The notes under the pieces are model-generated. The model worked only from the letters and a program-made list of their open reading frames with translations. It searched no databases and was not told where the DNA came from. The position numbers and the translations under genes are program-made. DNA of 64,000 nt, from NCBI GenBank assembly GCA_038496445.1, contig JALMLS010000385.1, positions 1-64,000 of the forward strand, read 5' to 3'. This document shows, piece after piece, positions 51,598-63,501 of this stretch (positions within the stretch are counted from its first letter, which is position 1; each line of letters begins with the position of its first letter). The stretch comes from Trichosphaerium sp. ATCC 40318 (taxonomy: Eukaryota > Protista > Tubulinea).

Positions 51598-54000
51598 ATG
51601 CCATCAACGGTGGTTCTTGTTATACAGCTACTTGTTCTATTATTAGTAGTACCACATAGTACTTATGCATTCGAGTGCGTAAGCGCAAACAATACAGAAA
51701 ACCTTTGTGGGTTTCCCGACGATTATCTATTCATTCTACCTCCAAACGTCACAACGCAATCTGTCGACGCCTATTTCGAAAGTACTTTCGCAGACCTCAT
51801 CTCCGATGTTTTCATCTCAAACAAACAGTACGAACTTCAACGTATCCACAAAAAGCACAACAATACAAAGCCTTAAATCCTCGAATGATAAAACTCCCCG
51901 AAACTCCTAACAATGTCACGTGACGTACTCAAGAAATTGTAGGTGTGGTCATTTATTCAAGGAGATAGTTTATAAGAGCGTATACAAGCGATGTACAGGT
52001 ATAAGAGAACAACTTGGTTATTTTTGGTAATACTCAAATTAATCACCCAAAAGGGAACGTACCATGGCCTTCGCCGATCTGTACAGATATATGTGAGAAT
52101 CTAAACCAATGTTTATTTGATCAATACGGAGAACAAGTTGCATTGTCATTACAAGCAAATTGTTCAACAGCAACTGAGGCTCTAGGAAGTACGTATTCCA
52201 CAATTGCTAGTGTGCATATATCGTACTGATCAAATAAAGTACAAATCCCTGATTACGCTCCAAGACCGAATTGTAACGGTGAGCAGATTAAGACGTTGCC
52301 TACAGATTGTACATATCCTTTCGGATATAATGTAGACCATGAAGACGGGTTTGACGGGCTTTGTGGTGTCGGATGCTTACCTAGATTCGTTAACAAAGAC
52401 TCTCCTAAAGTGGAACTTATTGTATGCATTAATCGTTGAAAGCCGCTATCCTAACAAAAGAACTTTTAGCTCTTGTACACATTTGTACCCTTATCAATGA
52501 TAATTGGTCTTATTGCAGTAATTGTATCAACACGTGTTGCAATGAGACACGGGTTTCCTTTGTCACTTCATTCTCTGCTCGTGTGGTAATAATCTGTTCT
52601 TTTCGTACCATTTTACTTTTTTTTTTTGTGCTTATGTAGTTTCGTTTAAGGTATGCATGGTTGAGTAGTTTAGGGTTCCTTCCTAGCATTCTTAATCCCA
52701 ACCCACGGGATCTAGTTTGTCAAAACGAAGAAGTTTCAAGATCAAAAGCATCAGCCCTCTGTGTAATACAAGGTTAGAATACAACCCAAACAACTGTTGA
52801 TTGATTACTAATGTACAACCAAGGGTTGTGGCTATACCACTTTTTAGAGCTTGCAAACTACACGTTTGTTATGTGGGTTTGTGGAATGATTTATACTTTC
52901 AGAAAGAAACAAGAACCTCACATATACGTACAGTACGCTCAAACGTAGCGGATAACTTCACAAAAAACAATAGTTTTCAAGCTACATGATGTTTGAACTG
53001 TTATCTTGTAATAATATGCACTTAGATACGCATTCTATGCTATACCTTGGATAATAGTTATTGGTTTTGATATTTATTTACTTGCTATTGAAGAGTTCGG
53101 TGTTTCAGTGGTCGTTATATCACATTGCTTTCGTACACCTTTTTTTTTTTTGTTGGTTGTTTTTTTTCTTATTAACAAATTGTTTATTAATAGAGCAAGG
53201 AGCAAATCAATCTGTAAATATCTTCCTTGGTACTCAGCTTCTTATTCTTGGCACAATTTGTTGTGGTATTGTTCTATTTGGAGTTATTATAGCAAGAGTA
53301 AGCAAAACAATACTATCATCTTTTTATCAAAACCAAAAAGGGACTTTTCTAGTTTCTTATCAGCCTTTGTTAGGAGTATATTTCTCTTGTTCGCCTTTCA
53401 GGAAAACAACAGGTAGGATCAAAACTACGCTTTGCGAGAAGTCAAGCAGTAATAATAGTTTGGATGATCTTGTATATTTATTTCTATCTTGTGCCTCTAA
53501 CATTGGTACTAAAAAGAGCAACATGGTCAGATGAACGCGCTACAGAAACGTTCTTTGAATGGGTAGCGTGTGAGAGAGCAACGCCTGGACAATGTGGTAC
53601 GTAGAACCTGATATATGCTTCAAAAACAAAAGAGTGTCAATGGTTTTTTGACATCTGACTTTGAGTTAGAATGGCCTTTATTGCCAAAGTGGTGGCATTC
53701 CGTTTGGAGTATGTTTAACGTTTTTTCACGACCTCTTTTTCTATTTATAGGATGCCTAGGTAATATCAAAATTATCACGTGTCAATACATCAACAACTAA
53801 CATTTTTTTTTTTTATCCCAGTGATAAAAGCATTCTATAGTGAAGTAAAGTTGTTATACGGTGACACGCTAAAATTATTTGGCTTGAACTCAAGTGTTTC
53901 AGTTGGTACTAGTGCAAATACTGGAACAATATCAAAAGCTACAAACTTAGATAAGAATTCAAAAACAACAGTTAGTAGTGTAGCAAGGATGACTGATTAA
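51598..54000 (+). CDS. Frizzled/smoothened-like 7TM receptor (Fsl/Fsc-like), multi-exon
   Basis: Signal peptide; Cys-rich ectodomain (PSPICTDICENLNQC, CTYPF..GLCGVGC); multiple TM segments with LVCQNE..ALCVIQG loop and WVACE..GQC extracellular loop. Confidence 0.7.
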
Positions 54001-54220
54001 CAAAAGTAAACGAAAAAATGTAACAAAAAAAGTATAATTGTAGTGTTGGTTACTCTGGATTTTCTCATATTTTCAAATTATTCTAATTGTACTTGAGAAG
54101 GGTGATAACACTGTAGGGTTGCTCATCAAACAGCGAAGTTCTTTGTGAAATCACATGCAAACAACTTGTTACATGGAAAAAAAAACTTGAAGGGAGAAAA
54201 TGTTTGGTAAAATGATTTTA

Positions 54221-56655
54221 TTATTGTTGTAAGGCTCTTCCTAAATCATCATCTTCAAGTGCAAACTCTTCCTCATCAAATGCTTCCATACCTTCCTTAA
54301 ATAATTTTTGAATCTTATCAAGACCCATCATTGCTACCTCACTGCTTGGATTCATCCTAAAAATGGAGAATTAAATAAAATCATTCATTTTATCTCAAAT
54401 CATTTTTGACGCACTCCAAGGCTTTAGAGTACTCAAGCATAGCTTCTTCATATTTATCTTGATACATCATAATCTCTGCAAGAGTTGTATGTAGGTAATC
54501 AACCTTGTGATTACTCATAAAGTCTCGGAGCCTAGCAAGTAAATTAGCAATTTGTCAACAATAAAAATAACAATAAAAAGGATTATTTAAACATACAACT
54601 CCTCGGCCTCTTCATAGTTCTCTTGTAATTTAAAAAGCTGCGCTTTACCAATTATAGCATCTGAGCACTCTGGTTCCATATCAAGAGCCATTTTGAATAA
54701 ATCATGTGCCTAGACACAAGTCCTTTAGAGGAAAGCAAAAAACATTGTAACGTAAAAACCAACAAACCTTTTCAGCGTGCTCTTTAGGTATATTGGAATA
54801 CACTGTCGCCAAAAGACAATAAGCCTTTGGTTCATGTTTCATACTCTTTAGACAATCTTGTGCTACAATATGGGCTGATCTTATATCTTCTATAGTGAGA
54901 TATGCTTGTACAAGTCCTTGGGAAAAAAAATTAACCAAAAACTGTTAAAACAACGAGCAATACCTTTGTATGTCACAATGTCTCCATCAATATTTTTGGC
55001 TTCTTTATACGCCTTAATAGCTTCTTCTGGTTTATTCAAAGACAAAAATAGAGATCCGCGTATCAAGTGTGCAACAGAGTGGTAAGGATCTATACTCAAC
55101 GCCTTTTTTTAAAAAATAATTAGAAACAATGAAAGCTTTTTGCGTTTACCCTCATGGCATGTTGTAATGCCTCTCTCTTTCGCCCCTTGAGCTCCTCATA
55201 CATTGATACAGTAGTCCAAGTTTCTGGTTTATGTAAAGAAGCTTGGAGAAGCTCACCAGTAAGTCTACAATGAATCAGTACATAAAACTGGTTGGTCAAA
55301 CACAAAAAATCCTTTTCGTACTTGTTCAGGCCATCCAAGTCACCCTGACCTTTAATAATGGCTGCATAAAGATCTATACTTTTAAGAAAATTAGGGTCAA
55401 TCCTACGCATCTACAAACAAGAAAAAGTAAGGGAGACTGAACAATGTACAAGAAAAATTAAACAGTTTTTTTTTACAACATACTTTTTGAAATACTAAAG
55501 ACGCCTTATCGTATCTCCCTGCACGATATAAAGTGACAGCAAGCATACTTAATATATGCATATTATTAGAGTACCTAAAAATTTATTAGAACCAGTGGGA
55601 GTCAAAAACATCGCTAAACGAAACGCACATTTTATCAAGTTTACGAAGTTTGTTTAATGCTTCTAAAAAAACCAAGTAAGTATAAATACTAACCACGTGA
55701 TTTTCACGTGCCATCATGTCTGTGTTTATTACTGAGAAATTGTGTCTCAAGAACAGCTTTTATGCATGGGTGTAAGGAGAGCTTGTAGCTTCAAAGAAAA
55801 CGTCAAAAAAAAATGTCAAAACAAAAAATATCAAACCTGCGATAAAAAGCTTCGATGTCTTGTGGTGACTCACCAAGAGCCAATAATGAAAATACAACTT
55901 CAACAGCAATAGGACACTTCTTTAGGACCTCTTTATAATATACTCTAGCATTTTTACTACCCATCAAAGTAAGTTACAGTCACAATCACTAATTGTTTCT
56001 CGATTTTAACATGATTTAAAAAAAAAACCAAGAAATCGGTTAACATGACTCACCTAGGCCTGCCTTCGCATAAATTATATAACTTGGCCATCTTCAGTAA
56101 CGTCTTAATACTCCTTAGATCCCTTGGGATTGCCAACAGCTAAAAAAAACGTCAAAATGTCAGCGGTGGAGGGAATACATTTTGATGTTAAAAAAATGCT
56201 TTATACGTCGTTTTACGCTGAACATACAGTTTTTAGAGCTTCCTTATTCTGTTTGAGTTGGACGTAACAAACTGACATTTTCTCTAGTATATCTGTACGC
56301 TCTGATGCTTTCAATGATGGTTGCTTTGAGTTTGTCTTACTGCTAACGTAAAGAGACTTGTATTGAGACTAAAAAGTCAGTTTAGATTTCACTTTTTTAC
56401 GTAATGAGTTAACTGTACGCAATCGCATTCATTGTACTTACAAGAGCTCTGCGGTACTCTCCAAGCTCTAACAGAGAATCTGCAAATCTATAACGTAATA
56501 AAGGCTTCTGTCGTATCACAGGACCCATGAAATGACCCTGTGGGCGGTTTTAGGGTGAATAATAAAAGTAATGTTACCAAAAACTCAGCAGAGGAGTGTA
56601 ATCCCATCTCATTAAGCTGTGCATAATCGCGTGCGTTAAATCCAACCTTTTGCAT
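54221..56655 (-). CDS. ANAPC7: Anaphase-promoting complex subunit 7-like TPR protein, multi-exon
   Basis: N-terminal MGLHSSAEFL, FADSLLELGEYRRAL, YKEVLKKCPIAVEV, DPNFLKSIDLYA, KPETWT, YKGLVQAYL; consecutive TPRs and acidic tail. Confidence 0.8.
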
Positions 56656-56967
56656 GTTTTGGCGCCAATCCCGTGTAGTTTTCAATAATTTGAAAAAAAA
56701 TGTAGCGAAGACGCTGGTTGACAGCAAAAACTTGACACTTGACGCCAAATCCCATTTTTTATGACACTCTACGCGAAACACGTAAACTGTACCACGCGTA
56801 CATGAATCAATTTTGTCTTTTTCTAGTTCGTATGTATTGTACAGTATGCTTTATTAGCTAGCAGATAAATACATGCTATAATACAAGTTCTGATAGCGTC
56901 GTAAAACAAAGATTTGACTTCTGTAGTGAGTTATCTGTGTTTTTCTAGAAATTTAATTTTTGCACGC

Positions 56968-57464
56968 TTAGGTCTGACGCCATTCGAATACTTTTCTGTA
57001 TTTACTAATCTCCTTGTGTGAGTGAATAAGCTCAATGGCTCTAGTATATTTTTTGATGTCTTTGCGCAGGATAAATAGTAAATCATCCAAAGTAATTTTT
57101 CCGTCCTCTTTAACGTTCACTTGCATTGATTTGAGCGTCTGTAGTCATATTAGATACTTTGTAATGAAGTTAGTTACAACTCACCATCTGTTGAACAAAT
57201 TCCAACATCATATCTTCCATTAGATCTACAGACTCATCTAGAGGTTCTGGAACATCGCTAAAGACGATTAGAATTAAAATACGTTTAAAGTTCGTTTAGC
57301 GTACCCAAAACCATACATCATATGTTTTACTAGTAACTGAGTAAGTACAATAAGCATTAATTAAACGTACAAGAATCGCGCATTTTAATTTTTGGCTCTG
57401 CCTTTTCTTTCTTGGCATTCTTTCTCGTTTTTCGCTCTGGCAAACCATCACCGTTCGTCTCCAT
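56968..57464 (-). CDS. TAF13: Transcription initiation factor TFIID subunit 13
   Basis: MMYGFGDVPEPLDESVDLMEDMMLEFVQQM...GKITLDDLLFILRKDIKKYTRAIELI...YRKVFE histone-fold signature; absent from the ORF track because exons are short. Confidence 0.88.
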
Positions 57465-57547
57465 TAGTTCTCAACTAAATTAAGAAAGCTAAAGACCGTT
57501 CAATCATCTTTCTTTTGCAAAGCCTTGTACTTACCAACCAGTACGTA
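57465..57547. promoter_or_regulatory. Putative bidirectional promoter between TAF13 and the receiver/TQ-array gene
   Basis: Divergent ATGs only 83 bp apart. Confidence 0.5.
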
Positions 57548-60500
57548 ATGGCTGAAGAATACGACGAATTACTCGATTACGTTGATTCAGTGCGGAAAGA
57601 GTCCAAACCGTACAAAAAGTACCACAAGGAGGTAACAAAGCTTCGTAAAATACTAGATAAGCATAGTACGTGATTGACACACGCGCCAAATTGTTTCTAA
57701 GTTTTGTAGATGATGAATTGAGCTCTAACGTTCCTTGTATGAAGGAATGTCTAATGCACGCAAAAAACCTTGCACGGGAGCACAATGTGGCTAACTGGTA
57801 ATGATTTTTAATAGTGGTTAACTGACAGGCTTTAAAAGGATTGGAAAAGTAATTAGAAAGCGCAAGGATAGTAAAATAGCCAAAACAAACATAATTAACT
57901 ACAGAAAAGATCTTCAAAAAGCGTTTATGATACTTCATGGTGTAACCTTTATACAAGCACAAATTGGTATGTAAGATAGCTGTTTAAAACATATTAACGT
58001 TTATAGACGAGCCTGAAACCAAAACAGTCTTGTGGGTAGATGACAACCCTGAAAACAACGCCAAAGAGATTGATATCGCTGTAGCACATGGTATAACGGT
58101 CGTTACTAAGAAATCATCAAAGGCGGCCAAAGAGTATCTTCAAAACAACCTAGAGTTGAAAAACGCTACTCCAGCAAGCTTTCGTATCATATCAGACTTC
58201 TATGTACGTATAATAGGCCTCAAACACTTTGTTTGAACACCACAAAACGTCTTTTTTTTTTTTCAACTGCTTTTTTTTTCTTTTTTTGGTTTTTTGACGT
58301 CTTGTTCAGAGAGAGGATGAAGGTGACCAAGCTGCGCTTAATTTTATACAATGGCTTCGCGACAATGACTGGAACACGCCCGTACTTGTTTTTTGTGGTG
58401 ATAAAACGGACTTTTGGCCTGTTATCACTGAAGTTTCGAGAACAACTGCTGCTACATCTCAAGCTCTTTTGACATATTTCTTTTGGTCGATGTCACAATC
58501 ACCTCCTGAACCAGAAGACCCACCTGAAGATAAAATAGATAATGTAGTATCTGAAAGCGAAGAAAAGGATGAAATGGAAGAAGACGAAAATGAAGATAAA
58601 CAAGAAGAAGAAAAAAAAGTCAGCAAACGTCCAAGGAAAAAAAAGAAAGTAATAAAAAAAGCACCTAAAAAGAAAAGAAAAAAGAAGATTGTTATCAAGA
58701 AGAAGAAGAGTTCTTTGTCACAAATCGAAGTACCTGAAGAAGATGAAGAGCCACCCAAACCAGATATAATTGCTGATACACCATCCGAAAACAAAAACGA
58801 GGATAAAATCGAAGATGATGCTGATATGCGATCACAAAACAAAAATGAGGATGAAGTCGAAGATGCTGCTGATGATCCTCCAAAGTCCATGATTGAACCA
58901 CCACCTGAAGAAGATGAGCCAGAGGAACTTGAGGTCATGGCTGATGTGCCTCCATCTGAAGACAATCAAGAGGATGATAACGAAGATGATGATGACGAAG
59001 TTTTCATTCTTAGTTGTAGAGATACAACTATGGCAGTAAGTTCTTTTTATCCGTGAAAATCACGTGATCTAAACAAATTTTTTTTAGGATTCTAAAGGTG
59101 ACGCTAAAACAAAGAACGCTGTTGAAGAAGATGATGATGTTATTGAAAACGGTGAAGCTGAGGAAGAAAGCAAGGAAGAAGAAAAAACTGTAGATAAAAG
59201 CGAACCAGAACCAATGGAACTTGTTTTGGAGGATGTAAAAGAACCTGATATAGAACCTACACAGTTAGTAGAACCAATAGAACCAACTCAAGTCATGCAA
59301 ACACAGCAACAGGGTAAACAATCTTTGAATAAGAGTGGTAATGACGAAGAACAAGAAGATGAATTTGCAGCAAATAATTTAGAAGCAACACAACTTTTTG
59401 GTCTCGGAGAGAGTAAGGATGTTGAAGCAGAAGAAAAAGAAGCTGAATATGATCCAACACAAGTGTTACCATCAAGCCCTGATAATTCACCTTTTAAGAA
59501 GCCTTTGAATCTTGATAATCAAAGTGATAATGATAGTGATGATTCACTTATGTTTGGTATTGAAGAAGAAGATAAAATGGATGTTGACATTAAGAGCCTT
59601 GCTCTTCCTAGACCGAATACTTCTGTTGATAAAAGCGATGATATGGATATTGATAATATATTCGGAGAACCTGAAGAGGAGAAGGTGAAACCAAAATCAA
59701 AGAAGAGAAAGAGGACTCTTGAAGATGAGGTAAGGAGTCAAGAATAAAAAACCAAACAACTTTTTTTTTTTTGACAAAAACGTATCAATCTGACTGTTTT
59801 GTAGTTATTTGATGATGAGCAGCCTTCAAAAAAAATAAAGATAACAAAAAGAGCTCCTAGTCAAGTTATTCCGCCCACACAACCTTTAGGGTTTGAGGCA
59901 ACTCAAGTGCTTGAAAATAATAACAAAGAAGAAGAAGAAAAAGAAGAAATAGAACCTACACAAGTTGTTGGGTTTGAACCAACACAAGTAATCGAACAAG
60001 ATGATACAGAAGATGCAGATATTGAACCTACACAAGTGGTTGGATTCGAGGCTACACAAAAGATAGAGCCTCCTAAAGAATCTGGTTATGCTCCAACACA
60101 ACCTACTCAAAAATTCGATTTTGCATTTCCTGTCAGCAAAGATGACGATGATGAAGATGAGGTTGATCCTACACAAATCGTTGGATGTGATCCTACACAA
60201 GTTGTTGGGTTTGAGCCTACTCAATTGGTAAAACCAGGGGAGTCAGATGATGAAGATGAGATTGAGCCAACGCAAGTTGTTGGTTATGATCCTACACAGA
60301 AACTTGATGGTATGGAAGTAGATTCAGAACAAAAAGATATTATTGCCAAACTTGATGAAGAAGAGTCTGATGGAGAAGGATATATGTTCTCTAGTCCTAG
60401 TCCTGTCAAGAGATCAAAGAAAGAAGTACAAGCTTTGTTTGAGTTGAAGCTAGGCACACCGGTACAGAACAAGTTTTTTTTTTTGTTTGTTTTAAGTTTT

Positions 60501-61249
60501 GGTTTTTAACCGTTTTTAACGGTGTTGTGTTGTATCTTGGTATTGATTTTTGAGGAATTCAATAGGATAAAAGGAGTATTGAACAGGAGGAAAAACTGAA
60601 GAAGATTAAGAGTGAACGAAGAGCTGGGGAAAGTGAAGAACTGGATTTGAATTTAGGGCTTGATGAAAAAGAAGAAAAAGATGTTAAGGGAGAGGACGAT
60701 TTGCTTGATTTCTTGGGTGGCGATAATGATTCAGAAGATGAAGATCAAACGCTACCATTGTGTAAATTAGAAGGAGATGTTGGGGAGTCAGTCGGTGAAC
60801 TTCATGGTTTTAATTTGAGTTTGAAAAAACCAAACGGAGTTGTCTTAGGTGTATGTATCTCTCTTAATTTTTCTTTTGTTTTACTGTATTGTATGTAACT
60901 TATTATTAGGATCAAGTCAAGTACTTGAAAGTTGATATTGAAGGTGTATCTCCTTGTGAGGCTTTTATAACTGAGGTACTTAACAGCTTTACTTTTTTTT
61001 TTCTTTTTTTTTGTTTTGAGATATTTTTTTGAATCAAAACAGTTCTGTTCATTCTCTGCCTCTCTTAGGTCAGTCCTGGTACCTACAATGCTAAATATTT
61101 TTTAACACGTCCTGGAAAGTATTTATTTAAAGTATACTATAAGAAAGAAGTTTTGCATCGTATTCCAGTCGGTAAGCATAAAAATTCGTGGAAACAACTT
61201 CATTCAAGTGAAACTCACAGTTTTTTTTTTTATAGATGCTCATCTATGA
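57548..61249 (+). CDS. Large acidic protein: receiver-like domain, TQxΦ repeat array, C-terminal filamin-type Ig fold
   Basis: VLWVDDNPENN...FRIISDFYRE...PVLVFCG; about 17 [ED][PA]TQx[VILFM] motifs; PGTYNAKYFLTRPGKYLFKVYY; NLS-like Lys tracts. Confidence 0.75.
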
Positions 61250-61845
61250 CCCGTTCAATTTTGATTAATAGTGTGAACAACTGTAGATTGTATTATAAAT
61301 AGAATTAAAACAAAGTAAAAAGGCCAGTATTTTTGAAAGTAATGTCAAGCCGTTGCAAGCAAAAATGGAGAGTACTCCTAAACTCAGCCTGAGTTTACCT
61401 AAAAACGTAACGTCCGATTGAAAAGTAACAGTAATTGTCCAAGTTGCTTGCGCAGCCCAATGAATCATTGGTACATTAGCTTTCTTGAAAACGCAAGATG
61501 GCTAGTCTACGGTACAAATAGTTACCCTGGCATAGTGAGTTTCAGCACTAGTACTATAAACAAGAGTGGTATACGTACCTGTTTTGGAGCCTCAAAGCAT
61601 TTTGGGTCAAATTCGAATTTGCGTCTGGCTTATATATTTTCAGAACAAAGAATTCAAAACACGTGATTTCCTGTTTGATCTCTAAATTAGCCAAAGAGCC
61701 TGTCCAAGAATTCAGCATTTTTTGCTCATGTAAATTATTGTCATGTAAGGAAGGTAGCGCTGTAGAAGTAGGACAGAAACTAGCTTATAGGATTAATAAG
61801 GTGTCAACTATTTATTGAGGTCTTGTACACTTACAGTGGCTTAGT

Positions 61846-63501
61846 TTACTCACTAAGTCTGAAAGGGTCATATCGTAGAAGATAAAACATAACTGAACAT
61901 AGTACAATAATCAGAGTAACATATTGTATCATGGCAAGAAGGTTGTGAAGAGTTGCGCCATGATGAATTGTTCCACGTTTTTTACCATTTTCAAGCCAAC
62001 GCTTCTCCTCTCCAAAATAGGCACCATACCTCATGTTGAATTGAGATTCAATTTGACCATTATCATACCATGACTTTTGCTCTCCATGCTGCTTTCCATC
62101 GACATAGAGATTCAAGTGTTTTAACTGACCATTGTCGTACCATTCTTTAACCTCTCCATTCTCTTTTCCATTAATTACATTCCCCAAACGTTTCAGTTGT
62201 CCGTTGTCGCACCACTTCTTTATTTCTCCATTCTTCTTGCTACCAACAAAAGTACACTGCAGCTTGAGCTGTCCATTCTCATACCACTCATTGAACTTTC
62301 CTTCTCGCCTATTGTTGATGTAATTACAGTGCCCTCTCAGTTGGCCATTCTCATGCCAACTCTTGTAGGCTCCTTCAATTTTGTTGTTAACATAACTACA
62401 CAGCTCCTCCAATTGGCCATTGTAATGCCAACTCTTATACTCTCCATGTTGTACTCCATTAGCATAGTTATTACACATCTTAAGTTGACCATATCTGTCC
62501 CACTCCTTGGACTCTCCATCTAACTTACCATTGAAATAGCTAGTTTGTTCCCTCAATTTACCATTCGTGTAATGTGTCTTCTCCTCACCGTGTATTTCTC
62601 CATTGACATAGAAACAGTGTACCCAAAGAGTACCATTCCAGTGCCATCTCTTGTATTCACCTTCTAATTTGCCATTAACATAATGACGCTGCTCTCTCAA
62701 TTGTCCGTTGATAGATCGCTTCTTCTTTTGTTTACTTTTGGTATACGGCTCGGCTTCCAATTGATGCTCACAGCAATCCCATAATGAGTCATTGTGGTAT
62801 TCCCAACATTCATTGTAATAATCTATAATCTCGTCCATATCAACTCGTTTTGTAGTGGTGTTACTTTCAATATACCAATTCTTATAATCTCCATGTAAAA
62901 CACCATGTTGAAAATGAGCTACAACCTTCAAAAACAATTGTATTAGGACTTGCATTTGGTTAAACACAGTATTAGGATAATTACATATTTTGTTGACATG
63001 CGTAAACATTCACCACGTGGTGTGAAAAAACGACAATCAAAGTGGTTTCGTGGAAAATGAGTTTGATGGTACTATGAAAATCTATTTGATTTTTGTCCAA
63101 ACAACAGTCAGCGACGTTTCTAAGTCTCAAATGTTGATTTTCTTACTGTTTTGCGAAAATCCAAGAAAAACAAAAAAACGATGTACAGTACCTTGGTATT
63201 TGTGTACACTAGATTACCTCGTGAGATGCTTTTATGATAGTTCTTTGCGTTTGTAGTATTCTTTTTCCATTTCCCATGTTTTTCCAGTTTGTTATCGAAC
63301 CTTGTTGTCGTTGCTGCTTGTTTTGATAGAAGAGGCCATATTAGATACATTTCAAAGTCTAAATCAATAATATCACGCTGTAATTCAAGTGGTAGTTGGA
63401 CCAGACGGCAAATATGTCGCTGTGAGCCTAATCTTTTCTTAGCAATGTAAAACTGTATTTAACGCTGAACTACCTTGTGTCTTTGTGTTATGTTCTGTCA
63501 T
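61846..63501 (-). CDS. F-box-like + MORN-variant repeat protein with C-terminal TM helix, 4 exons
   Basis: LVQLPLELQRDIIDLDFEMY..WPLLSKQ (homologous to 17318); about ten 24-aa repeats GExKxWYxNGQL; YVTLIIVLCSVMFYLL at C-terminus; three GT-AG introns in the 5' part. Confidence 0.85.

Noticed and set aside
58459-58965. Long antisense ORFs (also 39544-39783, 59886-60224, 62197-62523)
   Set aside because: Shadows of low-complexity or repetitive coding sequence on the opposite strand
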